Below, piece after piece: positions 18,879-26,728 of a stretch of 64,000 nucleotides of DNA. The notes below the pieces were generated by a model, which searched no databases, was not told the origin of the DNA, and saw nothing but the letters and a program-made list of their open reading frames with translations. A program made the translations under genes and the position numbers. Positions within the stretch are counted from its first letter, which is position 1; every line of letters begins with the position of its first letter. The stretch is from Candidatus Bathyarchaeia archaeon (lineage in GTDB: Archaea; Thermoproteota; Bathyarchaeia; Bathyarchaeales; Bathycorpusculaceae), in assembly GCA_038826715.1 (NCBI GenBank), contig JAWBOH010000001.1, forward strand, positions 2,524 through 66,523, written 5' to 3'.

Positions 18879-19922
18879 TCAAAAGTATTTCTTAATGTCC
18901 CGTATTGCTGCAACAGTAAGTTTTACCGTGTTTTCAACATCTTTCAGGCTTAGCAGGGAGGCTGGGCTATGAATGTAACGTGTAGGCACGGATACAACGC
19001 CGCAGGGAACACCCTCCCTTGTAATGGATATTCGAGCAGCGTCAGTTGATCCCGGCAAGCCTGTTTCAAGTTGATATGGAATATTGTTCTCTTCAGCAGT
19101 TTCCACGAGCATCCGTAAAACTTTAGGGTGTGTTATAAGCCCGTAGTCAGCAACAGTTATTGATGGGCCTCTACGCATTTTTATTGGTGCTTCTACTTCT
19201 TTTACTCCTGGAACGTCTCCCGCCACGGTAACGTCTAGAGCTATTCCCACGTCTGGATATATGCCGAAGGCTGCTGTTGTTGCTCCCCTTAAGCCAACTT
19301 CCTCCTGCACTGTTCCAACAGCGTAAACCGTGCATTGGGTTTCCTTCAGCTCTTTTAAGGCTTCAATCATGACAGCGCAGCCAACGCGGTCGTCGAATGC
19401 TTTTCCAATAGCAACATCGTTTCCTATCTTGGCGAATTTTATGTCGAAGCTTACAGAGTCGCCTATTTTGACTCCCATGTTTTTTGCTTCATCTTGGCTT
19501 TCCGCACCAACATCTATGAAAAGTTCGTCGAAGGTAACGACTCTTTTGCGTTCCTCTTCTTTCTGTATATGAGGTGGTTTTGAACCTATTATTCCATGCA
19601 GTGGGCCTTTCTCAGTGTGAACTATGACTTTTTGGGCCAGCAGTATACGGTCGTCTATTCCTCCGATTTTGGTAAACTGCAGGAAACCTTCTCGGGTAAT
19701 TGTTTTAACAAATAATCCTATTTCATCCATATGGGCTGCTAACATGATTTTAGGCGTGTTCCCAAAACCCTTTTTAACTCCTATTACGTTTCCAAGCTTG
19801 TCCTCTTTAACTTCGTCAACATATGGCTTCAGCATGGTTTTCATGATGTTTCTGACTTCTTCTTCTCTTCCCGCCACTCCACAAGCGTTTGAAAGTTTTT
19901 CCAAAATTTCTGCAAGATTCAA
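18879..19922 (-). CDS. M42-family (TET/FrvX-type) aminopeptidase
   Basis: 347 aa. Motifs AHMDEIG, FDDRVGC, QEEVGLRGA, SVPTRYIHSP. Confidence 0.85.
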   Translation of the reverse strand: MNLAEILEKLSNACGVAGREEEVRNIMKTMLKPYVDEVKEDKLGNVIGVKKGFGNTPKIMLAAHMDEIGLFVKTITREGFLQFTKIGGIDDRILLAQKVIVHTEKGPLHGIIGSKPPHIQKEEERKRVVTFDELFIDVGAESQDEAKNMGVKIGDSVSFDIKFAKIGNDVAIGKAFDDRVGCAVMIEALKELKETQCTVYAVGTVQEEVGLRGATTAAFGIYPDVGIALDVTVAGDVPGVKEVEAPIKMRRGPSITVADYGLITHPKVLRMLVETAEENNIPYQLETGLPGSTDAARISITREGVPCGVVSVPTRYIHSPASLLSLKDVENTVKLTVAAIRDIKKYF

Positions 19923-20058
19923 ATAATCTCCCTCTTTTAACAGTGGTTGAGAATTTTAAAAGGTTTATATTAAACTATTCCTAGAGGCTTTAAAGATTTA
20001 AGCAACTACAGCAACATTTATTACCCTTAAACCACCAGGCTTTCAAAAAGCCTGCTTA

Positions 20059-20766
20059 ATGGAGAAAGTTAGATTGCTGCGCGCAACACAGAAGCTTGCT
20101 TTGACTGCGGTGTTTGCTGCATTTCACGCTGTTTTGTTTTTACCTGAAGGTCCATGGCGGAGTTTTGTTATTTATTTTATTCCGATTGAAGGCATGGTTC
20201 TCGGTCCTTCTATAGGGTTTGCGGCGGCTCTGATTGGGAGCGCAATTGCAAGGTTGATAAAGCCGAGTATTTGGTGGGTTTTCGGCATGATAGCCGAACC
20301 TATTGGAGTTGCAGCGGCGGGGCTGTTGGCTAAGGGAAGGTGGAAGGAAATACAGTTGGTTTATGGCGTGATGCTTTGTGCATACTTTCTTCATCCATAT
20401 GGACGAATGCTCCCTTTATGGACCGTTTTAGATTTGCTTGTGGCTTTTGCAATAATATACCCCGTTTCTAGAATTGGAAGGTGGATTTGGATGGAACAAA
20501 CTAAAAAGTTTGCGGCAGCTTTAATGCTGATAGCCTTTGTGAGCACAGTTGCAGACTCTATGACCCGGGTTTTTCTGCTTGTTCCATGCGGATTTTACGA
20601 GTTTTTTGCGTTTTCCTATGAAGTTTTAGCCTATGAATGGTTCATTCCTGGGGCTGTCGGTTCATACATTGAGGACAGTTTGGTAAGCGTTTTAACCCTT
20701 TTTGCTGGTGCACCTTTGCTGTCAAGTTTAAGAAAGACCCTTGGTTTGACGTGGCCTTTGTCGTAA
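20059..20766 (+). CDS. Polytopic membrane protein, ECF-S-component-like
   Basis: 235 aa with about 6 hydrophobic segments. No soluble domain. Substrate unknown. Confidence 0.5.
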   Translation: MEKVRLLRATQKLALTAVFAAFHAVLFLPEGPWRSFVIYFIPIEGMVLGPSIGFAAALIGSAIARLIKPSIWWVFGMIAEPIGVAAAGLLAKGRWKEIQLVYGVMLCAYFLHPYGRMLPLWTVLDLLVAFAIIYPVSRIGRWIWMEQTKKFAAALMLIAFVSTVADSMTRVFLLVPCGFYEFFAFSYEVLAYEWFIPGAVGSYIEDSLVSVLTLFAGAPLLSSLRKTLGLTWPLS

Positions 20767-20817
20767 GAAAAAGGGGATGCTGATGGTTTTGAATTGAACC
20801 CCCATTCAGTTTGCAGG

Positions 20818-21030
20818 TTAGGATTTCTGTGGAGGTTGCTGTTTTCTAAGCTCCAAGTATTCCGTCAAAAGCAGTACGCCTTCTATTATAAGGAATATGC
20901 CCAGTATGTATGCAACTAGAACTGGCATAGCTATCACTAGGATGCCGAAAATTATGCATATAATAGCTAACACTGGCTTGGAGACTGTTACACCTATCTT
21001 CCTTAAACCCTTCTCAACAACTTCTGTCAA
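20818..21030 (-). CDS. Small two-TM membrane protein
   Basis: 70 aa. Two hydrophobic helices (PVLAIICIIFGILVIAMPVLVAYILGIFLIIEGVLLL). Confidence 0.45.
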   Translation of the reverse strand: MTEVVEKGLRKIGVTVSKPVLAIICIIFGILVIAMPVLVAYILGIFLIIEGVLLLTEYLELRKQQPPQKS

Positions 21031-21161
21031 ACCGTTTTACTCTCCGCTTTCCATATTCGATAATTAAAATGTTTTATTTAAGCTCTTCGAGGTTTCCCTA
21101 TACTAAGCCTACAGAAATATATATTTTTGGGCCTTCACATAATATTATAACGTGATTTTAC

Positions 21162-22175
21162 ATGGAACAGCGTAAAATAATGTCTCTTGGACGTTCCTCG
21201 CTTGTTATTTCGCTTCCAAAACACTGGACAGAGTTAAATGAACTTAAACAGGGCGATGTTGTCTCGATAGCCATGAACAGAGACCGTTCCTTAGTGATTT
21301 TTCCAGGTGTTCGAAAAGAGCGTGAAAACGCTAGGATAACTCTTCACGTTGAATCAGATAAGGATATCGCCTTTATTATTCGCAGCATAATCGCTTGCTA
21401 TTTAAATGGCTATTCATACATTAAAATAGTTTCAGACAGGTTTTTCACCGTGCCGCAGCAGAAGGCTATACGTAGAACAGTACAGAGGCTTTACATGAGA
21501 ATAATGGAGGCAGACACTAAAGAGATGCACATCGTAACCCTCATAGACGAGTCAAAAGCCTCCATTGAAACAGTGGTGAAAAGAATGTATAAGATATCAA
21601 GCTCAATGTGTAGAGACACTTTTACTGCTATCAAAAACGAAGACGTGGCTCTTGCAAAATCTGCTTATGTAATCGACGACGAGGTAGATCACTTCTCCTA
21701 CTTTCTGCTGAGACTCGTGCGAAGGGCAGTGGTTGACTCTACATTAGCTAACCAGATTGGCGTAGAGCCTTTAGATTGCTTAGATTATCAAACTCTCATT
21801 CACCGCATAGAACAGGTGTCAGATCAAGCTGCAAATGTAGCTAAACACATAATCATGATTGAAGGAGCTCGGAAAAAAATTTCAACCCCCCTGCTTGAGA
21901 AAATGTATTTGGCTGGACGTGACGCTTGCGATTTATACGATAATGCGGTGAATGCCGTTTTTACAAAAGATTTGAAAAACGCAAATGAGGTTATTGAAAA
22001 CAAGGCTAAAATAGAGAAGTTAGACCGTGAAATAGCATCTTTATCATTCTTAATGGAGAAGGACACTGAAGTTATTTGCGCCTGTTGCTCCATAAGAGAC
22101 AGCATCCAACGCATAGCAGAGTATGCTGCGGATATCGCCGAAATCACCATTCATCGATCTTTCAAACCTTCTTAG
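21162..22175 (+). CDS. AbrB/SpoVT-like DNA-binding domain fused to PhoU-repeat domain (archaeal PhoU-like regulator), paralog 1
   Basis: 337 aa. N-terminal swapped-hairpin-like LGRSSLVISLPKHWTELNELKQGDVV, then two PhoU-like helical repeats ending in E..ADIAE. Confidence 0.7.
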   Translation: MEQRKIMSLGRSSLVISLPKHWTELNELKQGDVVSIAMNRDRSLVIFPGVRKERENARITLHVESDKDIAFIIRSIIACYLNGYSYIKIVSDRFFTVPQQKAIRRTVQRLYMRIMEADTKEMHIVTLIDESKASIETVVKRMYKISSSMCRDTFTAIKNEDVALAKSAYVIDDEVDHFSYFLLRLVRRAVVDSTLANQIGVEPLDCLDYQTLIHRIEQVSDQAANVAKHIIMIEGARKKISTPLLEKMYLAGRDACDLYDNAVNAVFTKDLKNANEVIENKAKIEKLDREIASLSFLMEKDTEVICACCSIRDSIQRIAEYAADIAEITIHRSFKPS

Positions 22176-22182
22176 TTTAGCC

Positions 22183-23904
22183 TTATGGTTTTCTCCGTTC
22201 CTTAGAAGGAAAGCTTACAGTAACAGCGAGTTTGGCAGCTGAAAGTTCACCCTTCAATATTTTCCTTGCAAGCTCCAAAGCGTAGTTGTAGTTGTAAACT
22301 GTGCCTTTACCGTTTCTTCTAGCTTCCTTTAATATTTCGCGTTCAAGCTTGTACTTTAACCTGCCAATAGTAAGCGGACCTATGCCGAAAATTCCAGGCA
22401 GGAATTCTTTCATATCGTCGTCAAGCTTCATTCCTTCAACTCCCAGGGGTGAAACAGCGTTGACGTCGGCTATAACTTTAGAAAGCTTAACGTTTGCCAG
22501 CATGTCTTTAGTAATTAACCGGACGCCAGCCACAGAGGCGCAAAGTATAACTTCAGAGTTGTTTATGACTTCAACTTTTTTCTCTGGAGTGGGAGCGAAA
22601 ACACCTTCAACATCCACGCCGTACCTTTCCCGCAGTAGGGCAGAAAGCTTGGCTACGTATTCTTCCCCATCTTTCCTGTCAGGGTTAGGGCTTACAATGG
22701 CAACGCTGCATCCAAGCTTAGCCAATAAAATTGCAGCCACTCTGCCGACAGCGCCGGTGCCGAAAACTGCTATCCGTTTGCCTTTCAGATTTCCAAGCTT
22801 AGATTTGGCCAAAGCATCCTCAACCTTGGCCACCATTGCAGTAGCCGTTGTGTAAGCGCCGGCAGGATCAATTATGGTATTAGCTTGGAACGGAGGAAAC
22901 ATTGTTTCACGTACGACTTTCAAAACTTCCTCAGCTTTTTCCATGTCTTTTCCGCCGACAAAGAAGCATGTACGTTTAATCCCTTTAGGATCTCTGGAGA
23001 ATATAGCGTCCTGAACTATCCTTCTTGCTTCATCAGGGGTAACGTTTTCATATGGAACCACTACGCTAAACCCCGCATCATAGGCCATGCAAATGTCAAA
23101 GGGGCTGGCTCTTTTATCTGTGTCTAGAAAAAACAGAATGTAAGGAGCTTCCTCAGATGATGTTCTAATAACTGGTTTAACTTGAATTTGCATCGATTTA
23201 AGCAAATCTTCAATCTCTGCTGTTGACGCTTTCTCCTTTGCAAGTACAAGCTTTTTTGTCGGTTGAATTGTTTCAACGTCGACATCCACAGATTCTAAGA
23301 GTTTTTTCACACCGCTGACATGTTCTGGACTGGATATATGGAGGCATGTTAACTCTGTCTTATTTATTTCTCTAGCGTTTTCAAGGATCCCCATGGTAAT
23401 CCAACTTTCTCTAACCGAAAATTTCGCTTCCCGCTCCGCCTCTTCGATTTCCTGTTCTAAACATTGACCGTAAGCGATTAGGTACTCCTTCTCTACACTG
23501 TTTTCGTCGGGCGTTTCCTCTATTGCCTTTAATATACGGTCTTTAAGCTGTTTCTTCTCTTCGAGAAGTGAAGCCACGTAACCCTTCGCGTTTTCATCCA
23601 TGTCAACGGCGAAGAATGGAATGTTATGTTTGTGGCATATTTCGGAAATAACATTGTCTTCGCTGAACTCTTTAGCTGAACGGTTACCCAACTCTTCAGT
23701 TATCAAATCTGGTTTGGTTTCCTCTATAAGTTTTTCAAGGAAGTTGCAGAAGGCAATTGTTGGCTTAAACCGTGAAGATAAGACGTTTTTCGGTGTATGA
23801 TTGTTTGATGGTTCTATAATCCAGAAAGGCTCACTGTATTCTTTCTCCACTATTATGACTTTTAATGACTTTCCTTCCAATGATGTTACTTCAAGTGCTT
23901 TCAT
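22183..23904 (-). CDS. Fusion protein: unknown N-terminal domain (~250 aa) + NAD(P)-dependent methylene-tetrahydromethanopterin dehydrogenase (MtdA/MtdB-like)
   Basis: 573 aa. Residues ~250-573 are colinear with MtdA as I recall it (LFFLDTD..SPFD, YENVTPDEA, FFVGGKDM, DPAGAYTTATAMVA, Rossmann FGTGAVGRVAA). SD AGGTGA (23911-23916) lies 6 nt before the ATG at 23904. Confidence 0.75.
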   Translation of the reverse strand: MKALEVTSLEGKSLKVIIVEKEYSEPFWIIEPSNNHTPKNVLSSRFKPTIAFCNFLEKLIEETKPDLITEELGNRSAKEFSEDNVISEICHKHNIPFFAVDMDENAKGYVASLLEEKKQLKDRILKAIEETPDENSVEKEYLIAYGQCLEQEIEEAEREAKFSVRESWITMGILENAREINKTELTCLHISSPEHVSGVKKLLESVDVDVETIQPTKKLVLAKEKASTAEIEDLLKSMQIQVKPVIRTSSEEAPYILFFLDTDKRASPFDICMAYDAGFSVVVPYENVTPDEARRIVQDAIFSRDPKGIKRTCFFVGGKDMEKAEEVLKVVRETMFPPFQANTIIDPAGAYTTATAMVAKVEDALAKSKLGNLKGKRIAVFGTGAVGRVAAILLAKLGCSVAIVSPNPDRKDGEEYVAKLSALLRERYGVDVEGVFAPTPEKKVEVINNSEVILCASVAGVRLITKDMLANVKLSKVIADVNAVSPLGVEGMKLDDDMKEFLPGIFGIGPLTIGRLKYKLEREILKEARRNGKGTVYNYNYALELARKILKGELSAAKLAVTVSFPSKERRKP

Positions 23905-23933
23905 TCTTTCTCACCTGGTTGCAGGTAAAGTTT

Positions 23934-23972
23934 TCCGAAAATATATACTTGTCCGAAATATCATATATATAT
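23934..23972 (-). promoter_or_regulatory. Tandem TATA-rich + TTTCGGA repeat upstream of the mtdA-like fusion gene
   Basis: Minus strand reads ATATATATATGATATTTCGGA-CAAGTATATATTTTCGGA, 30-68 nt upstream of the ATG. Confidence 0.3.
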
Positions 23973-24031
23973 GTTAATACGACATATACGCAGTAAAATT
24001 CTTACGTTACGTTTGGCGCATTATCCCATTT

Positions 24032-24916
24032 TTAACGCAGTCTTTCATCGAAAACAGGGGGCAACATGAGTTTTTCCTTAATTTTAAATTTACCTTCCTT
24101 AGAGTGGGGCCTTCTAACCAAGGTGTCTCCACATTTCTCGATTTCCCTCGCTTCTTCTGCAAGGCTGGCTGCTATTTGCGCAATTTCATGTGCACACGCA
24201 ACAAGCGGCATGTATTTTTCCTTCTCCTTTTCCAAAAAACATGCCCGCGTGTTTATTTCCGCAATCTTCTTTGTCAATTCATAAGCAGCCATGGCCTTAG
24301 CTAGAGCGTAAGGGTTCCTAAAATCAGAGCTGTCCCTAACACTGTCAGTGTCTATAACCAGCCTAGGCAACTCAAACGTTAATCCTTCTTTGCAGCAATG
24401 GATGATGCGGTCAATTTCCTGGCAAATCATCCTATAGACGCCTGTAACCGCCAACACCTTTATCACATTTGAGTTGAAAATCGCCATTTCAGACAAATCT
24501 AAAAACTCTTTTCTCGCACCTATAAGGGGGTCACCCATAACTACTATGTAGCCGAAGCTTTGCTTTTCAAATTCCTCTTTAAGACGTTTCGCGGGGGCAT
24601 CAGAGATAAAAACGCTTGGAATTTTTCTTTCAAAAAGCATTTCCATAGCTCTTCTAGGCCCTTTCACAGCAGGATTTGGCGAAATGAATATTACAAAGTC
24701 CGGGCCAAAATCTAGAAGCTTCGGCAAAGCATCTTCAACATCTTCAGCAAGCATTTTCGCCCCAGTGGTTACAACCCTTACGTTTATGTCTTCTCTGTCA
24801 GCAAGCTCATCAAAAATCAGTTCAAGCAGAGGGGCAGTTCCAATGTTTCCACATTTAAACACGCCGATTTTAACCTTTTTCAACGGGTGCACCCCACGCA
24901 TTAAACCAAGAGCCAT
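24032..24916 (-). CDS. mtd: F420-dependent methylene-tetrahydromethanopterin dehydrogenase
   Basis: 294 aa. Motifs KIGVFKCGNIGT, DELADREDINVRVV, GARKEFLDLSEMAIFNSNVIKVLAVTGVYR, NPYALAKAMAA, EKEKYMPLVACAHE. Alternative start at 24901. Confidence 0.9.
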   Translation of the reverse strand: MALGLMRGVHPLKKVKIGVFKCGNIGTAPLLELIFDELADREDINVRVVTTGAKMLAEDVEDALPKLLDFGPDFVIFISPNPAVKGPRRAMEMLFERKIPSVFISDAPAKRLKEEFEKQSFGYIVVMGDPLIGARKEFLDLSEMAIFNSNVIKVLAVTGVYRMICQEIDRIIHCCKEGLTFELPRLVIDTDSVRDSSDFRNPYALAKAMAAYELTKKIAEINTRACFLEKEKEKYMPLVACAHEIAQIAASLAEEAREIEKCGDTLVRRPHSKEGKFKIKEKLMLPPVFDERLR

Positions 24917-24964
24917 ATTAAGAAAACAATGTTTATAAGTATTTCATGTAAGAACAGCCTTTTA

Positions 24965-25555
24965 TCAACAACATCGACTGCCTTCAGATTCTACTGTTAC
25001 GCTTTTAAGTAACCCTGGAATCCGTTTGTCTATCGCTACATAAATTAGATAGCCGCCAAAAATGCTTATACACCCTTGAATAACATTAACGATTCCGGTT
25101 AGCAAGAAATAGGTTAATGGTATTTCCTTGTAAGATGTTGGAATAGCCATCAAACCCGCATAGATTAGCGCAAAATTTGCAACAGTCATCAATGCAACTC
25201 TTGTTAAGACACCTAAGAGGAACGCGGCAGGAAATCTAAACTTTTTAGCCAGTTTAAACCCGAAATACATTCCTAGAACTGTTGTGAACTCTGAAAGTCC
25301 CTTCATAGAAGAACCAATAACGTCTCCGCTGCGGGCAAGTATGGCAAGGAATGCAATTGCAGACGAGAATGCGCCTGGAACTAATCCGAACAATAATAAG
25401 GACAAAATTATTGGAATTCCCGTGAAATCAAATTTTAGAAATGGAAGTGGCGGAAAGGGAATTTTTAAACCTGAATACTTCATTGCGTAGTCAAAAACAA
25501 CAACTAAGGCGGCGAGGACGACTATCCCCGCCAAAGTTCGAGACGTAATTTTCAT
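24965..25555 (-). CDS. ECF-transporter S-component-like membrane protein (RibU-like pattern)
   Basis: 196 aa, 5-6 TM. Has the LKFDFTGIPIILSLLLFGLVPGA motif typical of S components. Its ATG overlaps the frhB-like TGA (ATGA at 25552-25555). Confidence 0.6.
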   Translation of the reverse strand: MKITSRTLAGIVVLAALVVVFDYAMKYSGLKIPFPPLPFLKFDFTGIPIILSLLLFGLVPGAFSSAIAFLAILARSGDVIGSSMKGLSEFTTVLGMYFGFKLAKKFRFPAAFLLGVLTRVALMTVANFALIYAGLMAIPTSYKEIPLTYFLLTGIVNVIQGCISIFGGYLIYVAIDKRIPGLLKSVTVESEGSRCC

Positions 25556-26601
25556 ATGGAAGCCTCTTTTGTCGATGCCTGCTTTTTCTTTGAAAGTTTA
25601 ATCAGCAAGTTTAAAGCGTTAGGTTCTTGGTTCACAGCTTCAGTTACTATTGCTCCAGCATTTTCTGCATTTGAAAGCAGTTCTTCGCCCTTTTCTGTAC
25701 GTATGATTACGAAGGTCCATCCGTCCAATCCTAATCCGCCAACAGAAATATCTGCTAATTCTGAGCTGAAGTCTTCACAGAAGCGGCAGCTTTGTCTGGC
25801 ATATTGTTTAGCCTCTGCCAGGGGTATTGCCACCGTTTCGGATGGTAATGTTACAAACATCTTGCCTTTAATGTTAATTTTTTTAATATAGTTTAAATCT
25901 ATACCCAGCTTCCCGCTAATATGGTTTTGCATAAGCCCATCGTAAATGAAACATTCAGAACACGCTAAACCAATTAAAAGCTTTAATGGTGCAACGTATT
26001 TTTTAAGCCCTGCTAGCTGCATCTTTCGAACTGCACGAATCTGGCATGGTGTTCCAACGAACGCTACGCTATCTTTCTTCTGTTCTATTGCCTTTGTTAT
26101 AGCCAGAATGTTCGGCGAATAGAAGTATTTGGTTCCAGCTGACTGTAAAACTTCATCAACTGCAGTGGCAAGAATAGGACGGGGATAAAAGGGCTTTCCA
26201 CACATGCTTTTTGCAACTATTGCGCCATCAATAAAACCTTTCTTTAAGGCAAACAGCAGTAAAGCCGTAACCAATCCTCCATCTTGACAAACTTCCAGGA
26301 TTCGGCTGTCTCCAGCCTTTGCCAGTAAGAGTTTCCGGTAAACTCCAAAAGCCTCCTCTGGCTTCCGTTCCCTGTTGAACACAAAATTCTCAATGTTAGA
26401 TAATGAAAACTCGTATTGCGGACATGCTTTTGCGCATATGCCGCAGACTTTACACTCTTTCACCATGCTTGGCTTCTCGTTAACATATTCAAGACATAGG
26501 AAAGGACAGACTAGCACGCATGTGCCGCAGCCAACGCATTTTCCAGCTTCTACAACTGCTTTTGCTATCGACTCTTCAAAGCTAAGCTTAGCCGTTTTCA
26601 T
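25552..26601 (-). CDS. FrhB/FdhB/FpoF-family F420-binding iron-sulfur flavoprotein with N-terminal 2x[4Fe-4S] ferredoxin domain
   Basis: CVGCGTCVLVCP and CKVCGICAKACP, then the FrhB-type core (QDGGLVTALLLFALKKGFIDGAIV, GTPCQIRAVRKM). The ORF is open to 26661, but ATG 26601 (MKTAKLSFEES) has a TATA-like CTATTTATCC about 30 nt upstream. Confidence 0.8.
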   Translation of the reverse strand: MKTAKLSFEESIAKAVVEAGKCVGCGTCVLVCPFLCLEYVNEKPSMVKECKVCGICAKACPQYEFSLSNIENFVFNRERKPEEAFGVYRKLLLAKAGDSRILEVCQDGGLVTALLLFALKKGFIDGAIVAKSMCGKPFYPRPILATAVDEVLQSAGTKYFYSPNILAITKAIEQKKDSVAFVGTPCQIRAVRKMQLAGLKKYVAPLKLLIGLACSECFIYDGLMQNHISGKLGIDLNYIKKINIKGKMFVTLPSETVAIPLAEAKQYARQSCRFCEDFSSELADISVGGLGLDGWTFVIIRTEKGEELLSNAENAGAIVTEAVNQEPNALNLLIKLSKKKQASTKEASI

Positions 26602-26728
26602 AGCCGAACTGTATAGGGTTGCAAGGATAAATAGTTTAAGTTTATAACAGATTAAAAACAATGCCGCTTTTACACTTTTAAGACGCTTTGTTAAGCGCGA
26701 TTGTTTAATTTGTTAACATGGGTTTCAA

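Noticed and set aside
20036-20054. 7-bp hairpin CAGGCTT-TCAAA-AAGCCTG ending 4 nt before the start of the 20059 membrane-protein gene, considered as a possible riboswitch expression platform.
   Set aside because: The 136-nt upstream region shows no conserved riboswitch core that I recognise (no TPP-like CTGAGA or ACCTGA elements). A single short hairpin is not evidence of regulation.
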